64,000 nucleotides of DNA from Bacillota bacterium (GTDB taxonomy: Bacteria; Bacillota; Clostridia; Christensenellales; UMGS416). The stretch lies in the NCBI GenBank assembly GCA_016281935.1, contig JAEEJN010000059.1, forward strand, positions 11,493-75,492, given 5' to 3'. A program made the translations under genes and the position numbers. Below the pieces are notes generated by a model. It saw nothing but the letters and a program-made list of their open reading frames with translations, ran no database searches and was not told the origin of the DNA. Shown one piece after another: positions 56,955 to 64,000 of this stretch (positions are counted from its first letter, which is position 1; each line of letters begins with the position of its first letter).

Positions 56955-57497
56955 ATGATCTACGATTACAAAATCACAACCGGCACCGGAGAAGAACTGG
57001 ATCTCGCTTCTTACAAAGGCAAGGTCATCATGGTAGTGAACACCGCCACCGGCTGCGGATTCACACCCCAATACGCGCCGATCGAGCAGATGTACAAGGA
57101 TTACCACGAACAGGGTCTGGAGATCCTGGACATCCCCTGCAATCAGTTCGGAGCTCAGGCACCCGGCACGGACGAAGAGATCCACGAATTCTGCACGCTG
57201 CACTTCAACACTACATTCCCCCAGATGAAAAAAGCGGACGTCAACGGTGAGAACGCGCTCCCTCTCTACGGATACCTGAAGTCCCAGAAGGGTTTCGAAG
57301 GCTTCGGAAGAGGTCCCAAAGCGCTCATGATGAGCGGCTTCACTTCCGCCAACTCGAAGAAGAACGGATGGAGCCGGGACGATATCCAGTGGAACTTCAC
57401 GAAGTTCATCATCGACAGGAACGGGAACGTGGTCGCCCGGTTCGAACCCACCGCGGACATGGCAGACGTGGAAGCCTGCGTCAAAGCTCTTCTTTAA
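56955..57497 (+). CDS. gpx: Glutathione peroxidase (Cys-type)
   Basis: 180 aa. Blocks VNTATGCGFTPQY, PCNQFG and WNFTKF. Confidence 0.9.
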   Translation: MIYDYKITTGTGEELDLASYKGKVIMVVNTATGCGFTPQYAPIEQMYKDYHEQGLEILDIPCNQFGAQAPGTDEEIHEFCTLHFNTTFPQMKKADVNGENALPLYGYLKSQKGFEGFGRGPKALMMSGFTSANSKKNGWSRDDIQWNFTKFIIDRNGNVVARFEPTADMADVEACVKALL

Positions 57498-57507
57498 GGA
57501 GGCGCAC

Positions 57508-57978
57508 ATGAAAGCACTCGTAGCCTATTTCTCTGCCAGCGGCGTGACGGCCGCAGTGGCGAAGCGGCTGGCGGACGCTATCGGAGCCAAGCTCTATGAG
57601 ATCCGTCCCGAGATCCCCTATACCGCCGCAGATCTGGACTGGAGAAACAGCCAGTCCCGTTCCTCGGTCGAGATGAACGACAAAAACTGCCGTCCCGCTC
57701 TGGCTGATCTGGATGCTCCCGTCGCTGACTGCGACGTCATCTTCGTGGGATATCCCGTCTGGTGGTACCGTGAGCCTTCCGTCGTCGACAGCTTCCTGGC
57801 AGCCTATGATTTCACTGGAAAGACGATCGTTCCCTTCGCCACCTCAGGGAGCAGCGGCATCGGGACGGAGGCCCCTGCCCGCATGAAGGAGATCACGGGA
57901 GCGGAAGTCGGCGAAGGCAGACGTTTTTCCGCAGATGCCGGTGAAGCCGAACTGAAGGCCTGGGCCGAAAACGCATAA
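57508..57978 (+). CDS. Flavodoxin
   Basis: 156 aa. ALVAYFSASG start, plus VGYPVWW and IVPFATSGSSG. Confidence 0.8.
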   Translation: MKALVAYFSASGVTAAVAKRLADAIGAKLYEIRPEIPYTAADLDWRNSQSRSSVEMNDKNCRPALADLDAPVADCDVIFVGYPVWWYREPSVVDSFLAAYDFTGKTIVPFATSGSSGIGTEAPARMKEITGAEVGEGRRFSADAGEAELKAWAENA

Positions 57979-57997
57979 TCAGAAAGGTCTGATTCAC

Positions 57998-58411
57998 ATG
58001 AACGTCGCAGTCAGATATTATACGAAGACAGGAAACACGAAGCGCCTCGCGGAAGCCGTGGCCGAAGCCGTCGGCACGGAAGCATTCCCCATCAGCGTGC
58101 CCGTCAGTGAACCCGTCGATATTCTTTTCCTCGGGAATTCCTATTACGCTTTCAGCATCGATCCTGAAGTCAGGGATTTCGTCCGTTCGCTCGACAGTGA
58201 AAAAGTCGGATGCATCGTCAATTTCGGCTCAGCCGCCATGCTGAACTCTACCTGGAAGAAAGTCAAGGCGGAAGCGGATAAACTCGGCATCCGGATGGAC
58301 GAGCGCGAATTCCACTGCAAAGGCGAGTTCAAAGGGTTCCACAAAGGCAGGCCCAATGAGCAGGATCTCGCCGACGCGGCTGATTTCGCCAGATCCGTTA
58401 TCCAAGGATGA
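57998..58411 (+). CDS. Flavodoxin-like protein
   Basis: 137 aa. YYTKTGNTKRLAE phosphate-binding-loop-like start. Confidence 0.65.
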   Translation: MNVAVRYYTKTGNTKRLAEAVAEAVGTEAFPISVPVSEPVDILFLGNSYYAFSIDPEVRDFVRSLDSEKVGCIVNFGSAAMLNSTWKKVKAEADKLGIRMDEREFHCKGEFKGFHKGRPNEQDLADAADFARSVIQG

Positions 58412-58428
58412 TAGAGATGAAAAACAGA

Positions 58429-58460
58429 AGAGGCAGCTTTCATGCTGCCTCTGTTTTGTT
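58429..58460 (+). terminator. Terminator of the gpx-flavodoxin operon
   Basis: AGAGGCAGC-TTTCAT-GCTGCCTCT followed by GTTTTGTT. Confidence 0.7.
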
Positions 58461-58502
58461 GTGATCGGGGTTCGGTTTCACCATCACAGGGCCGTCCGGC
58501 AA

Positions 58503-59501
58503 TCAGTCTGCCAGATGGTATCCGTCCCTTGCGTGGCGCAGATCCGCCTCCATCTCCGCGGCGTCCGTCCATCCGGAAAAAGAGTGGCTGTAGGAGAATC
58601 CCTGCGTATACCCGAAATTGAACCCCATCAAGCTTCCGTAATCGGCCGTCAGAACGCCGTCCGCGGGGATCTTCAGGGATGCGTAGCGGCAGGCTTCATA
58701 GGTGGTGACGACTGTTCCGTCCTCACGTGTGACCTTCACCTCATACGTATCGTAAAGCACGTTGCGCTCGTATTCGTTCTCATCATCCGAAATGAACAGA
58801 TACATCCTGTACGGGGTCATCGTCATTTCCCGGGCAAACGATGAGGATACGATCTCATCCCAGTCTTCCCGGATGAGGCGTTCCGTATTGGCATGGATGG
58901 CTTCCAGGTTGTCCCCTTCCAGTTCACCCGTATGCAGGACCCAGGACGCAAGCCCTCCGACCGTGAAAACCTTCTCGGAAGGCTCAAAGCGCCAGCCGGC
59001 AGGTGCTTTTGCCGTCACCTTGACCGTATCGCCGTTGGAAAGGCCGCTCTGCGGCGTGACCTGGAAGCGGTGGGGATCTGCATACTCGGCGTTGCTGTCA
59101 GAAAACTGCAGTTCCGCCGCGCCTTCTCCCGACATGCCGGTTATCTTCAGATTCACGATCTCAAAGGGATCGACGGTCTGAGGAGAAATGAGCGAGTGCA
59201 TGGGAGTGTCCGGGATGAGCATGCAGAGAAGGAAGGATGCCGCGATCACGCCGATTGCGATGATCCATCCCATGAGTTTGCGTCTGCGCTGCCGCTTCAC
59301 CTGAAGGTCTTTGATATCCTCCTCGGCGCGTGCTTCCGCCATACGGCGCTCGTACTCTTTCCGGCCTGGATCATTCTTTTCGATGAGCATCACATGACCG
59401 CAGTAAGGACACTCGGCTTTTTCCCCGTCCTCCGTCAGCTTCATTTTCCCCCCGCAGGAAGGACAAATGAGTGACAGCGTCTTTACGTTCTCTTTATCCA
59501 T
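58503..59501 (-). CDS. Zinc-ribbon / single-pass membrane protein with extracytoplasmic domain
   Basis: 332 aa. CPSCGG...CPYCGH, then a basic stretch, a TM helix (GWIIAIGVIAASFLLCML) and a ~230-aa outside domain. GAGGAGAAA RBS. Confidence 0.55.
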   Translation of the reverse strand: MDKENVKTLSLICPSCGGKMKLTEDGEKAECPYCGHVMLIEKNDPGRKEYERRMAEARAEEDIKDLQVKRQRRRKLMGWIIAIGVIAASFLLCMLIPDTPMHSLISPQTVDPFEIVNLKITGMSGEGAAELQFSDSNAEYADPHRFQVTPQSGLSNGDTVKVTAKAPAGWRFEPSEKVFTVGGLASWVLHTGELEGDNLEAIHANTERLIREDWDEIVSSSFAREMTMTPYRMYLFISDDENEYERNVLYDTYEVKVTREDGTVVTTYEACRYASLKIPADGVLTADYGSLMGFNFGYTQGFSYSHSFSGWTDAAEMEADLRHARDGYHLAD

Positions 59502-59561
59502 GAGTCTGCATTTCTCCTCTCAAGGCCTGATTGTTACGGTGTGTTCGCTGATTTCCGTCCA

Positions 59562-59729
59562 TCACATACCGAAACGGATGTTTTTCACAGTCTTTTTCTC
59601 GATCTTCAGCCCCTCGTAGATCCGGGCCCCGCCGTTTCCGACCGGTGCCTGGGCCAGGAGTCCGACCTTGACCGTTTCTTCTGCCGGATCCTCCCTGTAA
59701 CGAGGCGCGATCATATTTCTTACTCTCAT
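59562..59729 (-). CDS. Unannotated 55-aa ORF directly downstream of the S24/S26 peptidase gene (candidate precursor peptide)
   Basis: Own translation: MRVRNMIAPRYREDPAEETVKVGLLAQAPVGNGGARIYEGLKIEKKTVKNIRFGM. AAGGTGA lies 5 nt before the ATG, 30 nt after the peptidase stop. Below the ORF-track length cutoff. Confidence 0.3.
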   Translation of the reverse strand: MRVRNMIAPRYREDPAEETVKVGLLAQAPVGNGGARIYEGLKIEKKTVKNIRFGM

Positions 59730-59758
59730 ATCGTCACCTTACCGCGGCAGAGCCGTCC

Positions 59759-60223
59759 TTATTTCACAGAGTGTTCCCGGCCGGCTCCTTGCCGATTCCT
59801 CTGCAGCCTGATCTTCAGCCAGAGAATGCCCGCACGGAGATAGAAAAAGTCACACCACAGATGCACGTACAGCCGATATCCCAGGTCGGTCACGGGGATC
59901 GTCTTCCCGTCGCGGATCACGGCAGTCATCACGCCGATCACATGTCGGTCCTTGATGCCGGTCTCCCGCCAGCAGCGGTTGTCTCCGCAGAGGACATAAT
60001 CGTCCTCGCGCACTTTCAGGACACGGTGCAGGACACAGGTCCCGTCATCCCGTCTGTACAGAGGCACATCGTATTTTTTCAGACGTCCTTCCGGCTTTCG
60101 GGAGATGACGAACACGTCTTTTCCCTGACGGAGCAGGGGCAGCATGCTGTCTCCCACGTTCGTATAGATCAGCTGTCCGTGCTTCTCGATCTCCTCTTCG
60201 AACGTGCTGCTTTCCTTATTCAT
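59759..60223 (-). CDS. S24/S26-family serine peptidase (LexA/signal-peptidase fold)
   Basis: 154 aa. GDSMLP catalytic-Ser motif, downstream HRVLKV (candidate general-base Lys), hydrophobic C-terminus. 8-nt overlap with the PqqD gene. Confidence 0.75.
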   Translation of the reverse strand: MNKESSTFEEEIEKHGQLIYTNVGDSMLPLLRQGKDVFVISRKPEGRLKKYDVPLYRRDDGTCVLHRVLKVREDDYVLCGDNRCWRETGIKDRHVIGVMTAVIRDGKTIPVTDLGYRLYVHLWCDFFYLRAGILWLKIRLQRNRQGAGREHSVK

Positions 60224-60476
60224 CCAGCAGTCCGATGCCTCTCAGCTTGGTAAGGATCGCTTCCACATCCTCCTCGATCACGTCTCTCGGGGCATCGTAT
60301 TTCTCAAGCATGGCATCCACGATCTTTTCTTTCGTGGTCTCTTCCTTCAGGCAATCCACGATGAAGGCAGCGGTCTCGTTGGAGCGGACCAGTCCGGAGA
60401 AGACGGCGCTGTCCGCGGATACCATGACCTGGGTATCCCCCATGACGTGTGTTACGGCCGAAGAATTCAGCTTCAT
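60216..60476 (-). CDS. PqqD-family protein (RiPP recognition element)
   Basis: 86 aa with the pattern ...LVRSNETAAFIVDCLKEETTKEKIVDAMLEKYDAP.DVIEEDVEAILTKLRGIGLL. Size and motif are typical of stand-alone PqqD/RRE. Confidence 0.8.
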   Translation of the reverse strand: MKLNSSAVTHVMGDTQVMVSADSAVFSGLVRSNETAAFIVDCLKEETTKEKIVDAMLEKYDAPRDVIEEDVEAILTKLRGIGLLDE

Positions 60477-61191
60477 GACATTTTCTTCCTTTCATTCATT
60501 CCGTTATAGGCGACCCAAGCCGCTTCCGGCTCGGTGTTGCACCACATCCGATATGTTTCCACGTTTTCACTGAGGTGTTCGATAAGCTCCAGCGTTTTTC
60601 CCAGAAGAAGCGGGTCCGAGGGACGGTGGCTCTGCCGGATCAGCATCGCCATGGCCATATCCTTCGGAAGCGGTTCAAGGCAATTGGTCTGACTCCGCTT
60701 CAGGATACAGACCGCTTTCAGGGGGACGGAAGCATTCGTGCTCAGATGATGTTTCCCATCCCAAGGCGATCCATACACTGCAACGCCCTTATCCGTGATC
60801 CTGAGGAACGGTTTATCGTCGTTGATATCATGGCGCGTTCACCGAAGGCTTCGCGCCAGAGCCGTGCATGGGTGCTTTTCCCGTATCTGCTGGACGCGGT
60901 GAACAGATAGGCTTCCTGATCCACGGCAATGGCAGATCCGTAGAAAAGGATCGTAGAGTCCCCGATCAGATAATCAGAAATCTTCCGGAGGACCGCAAGC
61001 GACTCAAGATAACCGGGAGAAAAATCCTGTGTCGGTTCCCGTTGAATCTCCTCATCGCTCACCGAGATCAGGATCTCCCCACAGTCTGGGATGATGTACT
61101 GTTGGCACTGTTCACGGACGTAATCACACCTGTTCAGGATGGTGAAGTCACGGCCAGTCTTACCGAAAACATGTTTTGTCTCTCCGATCGT
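60473..61191 (-). pseudogene. HprK-related kinase-like gene, disrupted (1-nt frameshift near 60826-60832; no clean start)
   Basis: Frame A: ...LFYGSAIAVDQEAYLFTASSRYGKSTHARLWREAFGERAMI (P-loop-like). It continues in another frame as INDDKPFLRITDKGVAVYGSPWDGKHHLSTNASVPLKAVCILKRS.... The open frame upstream reaches a TGA at 61192-61194 with no ATG. Confidence 0.55.
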
Positions 61192-61254
61192 TCAGCCGGC
61201 GCATAAACAGCACACAGCAGAATACAGGGCCGCATCCACGAAGGATACAGAGTA

Positions 61255-62367
61255 TCATTCTTTGCGGCTTCGGGTATCCCTCAGAGTTTTCGCCTCTTCC
61301 TGGAACCGGCCGAGTCTCACCGCACGGATAACACGGTAAAAGGGAAGAAACGGGAGCAGTATCCTGTATCTGTAGAACAGCGGATACTCCTCGGCGAAAG
61401 CCGCATACTCCGGATCCTTTCTGCTGAACGGTACACGGATCCGGCCCGCAAGATAACGGAGCCTGTTCCCTCCGTTCCTGCGCATCGTGTTCCGCACACG
61501 GTTCGGGATCGTACCGAAGGCGCCGGAAGACAGAAAATAGTCCAGCATCTCCCGATCGGAATCCGACAGCGTTTCACCTCCGAAGAGGCGGAGAGCAAGC
61601 GTACGGTTCTGTTCCTCGAAACTGCCGAGTCCCAGTTTTTCCGCTTCAGCCGCCACATAATCCATGTCGAGCCGGACCCTGTTCAGGTACACATACGTAT
61701 CCAGAAGTGACCTGAGCCCTGTGCCGCCGCCTTCGTAATGGCCGTGCTCATGGGCCAGGAAATACAGATAGAAATCCTCCGGCGTAAAGCTTCTCCCCCA
61801 TCCTTCTTCTCTGACCAGCCTGTCTCCGATATCCTTGTAATACGCCAGCTTCTTCTCCCCATGCGCTGCGGAGAAAAGCGCCGTATGCATCTCGAAATTC
61901 AGCACGGGGGCCTTGTAATACACATCATGGTTATGGACGCCGAATTCCACCGTTTCGAACCCCAGGGCTTCCATGATGGCTTTCACGTCATTTTCCCGGG
62001 CTGCGTCAAACAGGATGTCAAAATCCGCGAACTCCCGCATGCCGTACACCGGATACATGTCCTTCAGCACGGCGCCTTTCAAAGGCATATACCAGATCTC
62101 CGCATCTTCCAGCCGTTTTCGGATGCCGCTCCATGCGCTGTCAAAGATCATTGTTTTCCGGATGGAGGCGGAAACGGCGTCGAGGAATCGTCCGTCCTTC
62201 ACGCCTGCGTTTTCAAGCGCACAGCCCACAGCCACGGCGATCATATGCTCCGAGGCAAAGGAAAAGGCGGCATCCAGATCCATACCTTCCATCCTCGCGG
62301 CATCCGGTACGGTGCCGTTCACCGCGCAGGTGACGAGATAGATCACATCCGATGCCGTATCGCTCAT
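61255..62367 (-). CDS. Uncharacterised nucleotidyltransferase family protein (NTP_transf_5-like)
   Basis: 370 aa. Block MPLKGAVLKDMYPVYGMREFADFDILF is a G-x...D-x-D NTase-like core. ATGA overlap with the ABC gene. Confidence 0.7.
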   Translation of the reverse strand: MSDTASDVIYLVTCAVNGTVPDAARMEGMDLDAAFSFASEHMIAVAVGCALENAGVKDGRFLDAVSASIRKTMIFDSAWSGIRKRLEDAEIWYMPLKGAVLKDMYPVYGMREFADFDILFDAARENDVKAIMEALGFETVEFGVHNHDVYYKAPVLNFEMHTALFSAAHGEKKLAYYKDIGDRLVREEGWGRSFTPEDFYLYFLAHEHGHYEGGGTGLRSLLDTYVYLNRVRLDMDYVAAEAEKLGLGSFEEQNRTLALRLFGGETLSDSDREMLDYFLSSGAFGTIPNRVRNTMRRNGGNRLRYLAGRIRVPFSRKDPEYAAFAEEYPLFYRYRILLPFLPFYRVIRAVRLGRFQEEAKTLRDTRSRKE

Positions 62368-64000
62368 CTTTCCTTCACCCCGTCCTCCGAGAATTCCAGT
62401 ATCCTGTCGCAGATGGAAAGCGCCGCTTTCCTGTGCGTCACGATCACGACCGTCCTGTCGGTCATGCCGCGCAGGTTCTCCAGCAGCCGTTTTTCCGTCG
62501 CTTCGTCCAGCGCGCTTGTGGCTTCATCCAGGAGCAGGACCGGTGCGTCGGAATAGACGGCCCTGGCGATGGCCAGACGCTGCATCTGCCCTTCGGAGAG
62601 ACCGGATCCGCGTTCTCCCAGTTCCGCGTCTGCGTCCTCCACGAATTCATCCGCGCAGGCGATCTTCAGGGCCCGTTTCAGCCGTTCGTCGTCCTTCGGT
62701 TCCGCGAAACACACCGCGTCCCGGATCGTTCCGTTCATCAGGGCGTTTCCCTGAGGCACGTAGGCGAACAGGCGGCGGTGCACCGCGCTCAGTTCCTGTT
62801 CGTCAAGATATCGCTCTCCGCCGTCCAGCGGATACAGACACATCAGAAGCTTCAGCACGGTGCTTTTCCCGCAGCCGCTGTGTCCGGTAAAGGCGACGGT
62901 CTCGCCTTTGCGGATCTCCAGGTCCAGTCCGTCCAGCACGGCGGGCGTATCGCCGTCGTTCTGCGTCTTGTAGGAAAAGGATGCGTTCCGGAGTCCGAGA
63001 GACCGGAACTGTCCGTCGTAATACCTCCGCATGGTCAAGGAATCCGCGGGATCGCCGTCGTCCGGATAGCTCTCGGCCTCCATCAGCCTTTCGGCGCTTG
63101 CGGTCATGGCGTACCATCGGGGCAGATAACCGCTGATGCTTGCGAAGGGGCTCTGCACCTGGGTGATCAGCTGCATCACGGCAGTCAGCGTGCCGTAGGT
63201 AACGGTCCCCGTCATGATGCCGTAGGCGCAGTACACGACGCCGATCAGATACATGCCGTGCATGGCGGCCCCGAATCCGGTATTCGCCACATTGGAGAAC
63301 CGGGTCCTGCGCATCCGGGCAGCCTTATGCGCCGCCATCGCTTCTCCGGCCCCGATTCCTGCCTGTTTTTCTGCGGAGAACGCCTTGATGATCATGAGAT
63401 TGCTGATCCGTTCCTGCAGGAACACCCGCATTCTTCCGTCGCTCTCCTGCACGTTCTTATGGAGACGCTTGAGCACGCCCCGGAAGGCGTAGCTGAAAAC
63501 GACCATCAGAAGCCCGCCCGGGATCAGGATGCATGTGAACCACCGGTCCAGGACGATGAGCATGATCAGGGCTGAAAGCATCTGCACCACTGTGCCTGCC
63601 AGACCCGGCAGGATGTCGACGGCACCGTCCGCGACGACCGTCGTATCGCTCGTCAGGCGGTTCATCCATTCCGCGGTATGCGTGGCGCTGACGGAGGCAT
63701 AGTCCTTGCGCAGGATACAGTCCACGAGCCGCTGCTTGAATGCGTTCTCCAGGCTGCTTCTCGCCAGCTCATACATCCAGCGGATGAGGGCGTACACGGA
63801 CAGCATGAAAACAACGAGCCCCGCGATCAGGAGCACGTTGTTCCGAAAGGAAAGGACGTCACGGGCCACGGCGCTGTCCACGATGGCCCGGAACAGCAGC
63901 GCATACGCTACGCCGATGAGGCCGGACAGGCTCTGGAGTCCGGTCAGCGCCAGGATATATCCTTTTTTCCTGCCCGTCACACGCCAGAGCCAGTTCACAG
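62364..64000 (-). CDS. ABC exporter, fused permease/ATPase (5' end at or beyond the right edge)
   Basis: At least 544 aa. 6-TM exporter domain, Walker A GHSGCGKST, signature LSEGQMQR, Walker B LLLDEATSALD. The only in-window start is a GTG 3 nt from the edge. Confidence 0.85.
   Translation of the reverse strand, partial: VNWLWRVTGRKKGYILALTGLQSLSGLIGVAYALLFRAIVDSAVARDVLSFRNNVLLIAGLVVFMLSVYALIRWMYELARSSLENAFKQRLVDCILRKDYASVSATHTAEWMNRLTSDTTVVADGAVDILPGLAGTVVQMLSALIMLIVLDRWFTCILIPGGLLMVVFSYAFRGVLKRLHKNVQESDGRMRVFLQERISNLMIIKAFSAEKQAGIGAGEAMAAHKAARMRRTRFSNVANTGFGAAMHGMYLIGVVYCAYGIMTGTVTYGTLTAVMQLITQVQSPFASISGYLPRWYAMTASAERLMEAESYPDDGDPADSLTMRRYYDGQFRSLGLRNASFSYKTQNDGDTPAVLDGLDLEIRKGETVAFTGHSGCGKSTVLKLLMCLYPLDGGERYLDEQELSAVHRRLFAYVPQGNALMNGTIRDAVCFAEPKDDERLKRALKIACADEFVEDADAELGERGSGLSEGQMQRLAIARAVYSDAPVLLLDEATSALDEATEKRLLENLRGMTDRTVVIVTHRKAALSICDRILEFSEDGVKER

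Noticed and set aside
59759-64000. Lasso-peptide biosynthetic cluster
   Set aside because: PqqD, HprK-like kinase, nucleotidyltransferase and ABC exporter fit. The defining Asn-synthetase-like cyclase and transglutaminase-like B2 protease are absent from the visible operon. It is therefore reported as an orphan RRE system, pending sequence beyond 64000.
1-64000. CRISPR arrays, tRNA, rRNA, tmRNA
   Set aside because: No regularly spaced direct repeats were seen. No cloverleaf-like GTTCGAATC contexts occur outside coding frames, and no rRNA-like conserved blocks were seen on either strand.

Overview
64-kb chromosomal window from a high-GC (roughly 60% by eye) Gram-positive anaerobe. Gene content (nifS/iscU, yybS-rplI-dnaB, DUF1292, CotH, many ATGA-coupled operons) suggests Clostridia, possibly Oscillospirales-like; this is an inference. 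About 70 coding regions are supported, with no rRNA, tRNA or CRISPR. Left to right: a GH4 glycosidase fragment; a sulfur/Fe-S block (Rrf2 regulator, nifS, iscU, metY, cysK, then cysS and argS); a MATE efflux gene followed by a ~3-kb AT-richer decayed island (intact AbiE-like toxin-antitoxin pair, IS21 and Doc fragments, a displaced MATE 3' remnant); fucosidase, esterase, GrpB and aldo/keto reductase genes; a CotH kinase / VTC / DUF4956 operon divergent from a nucleotide pyrophosphatase; a polyol/ketose-bisphosphate catabolic operon; yybS-rplI-dnaB; ktrAB beside a second VTC-DUF4956 pair; a minus-strand accessory block rich in GNAT acetyltransferases under a TetR regulator; ArsR, serine hydrolase, DHDPS-family and Fe-ADH genes; an OhrR-like MarR / glutathione peroxidase / flavodoxin operon. 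At the right edge sits a tightly coupled operon of ABC exporter, uncharacterised nucleotidyltransferase, HprK-like kinase (disrupted), PqqD-like RRE and S24/S26 peptidase, followed by a 55-aa ORF. I rate that last operon the best candidate for an undescribed RiPP-like peptide modification/export system. The CotH-VTC-DUF4956 modules and the decayed island are the next most interesting. Many long ORFs in the track are antisense shadow ORFs typical of high-GC DNA and were rejected.
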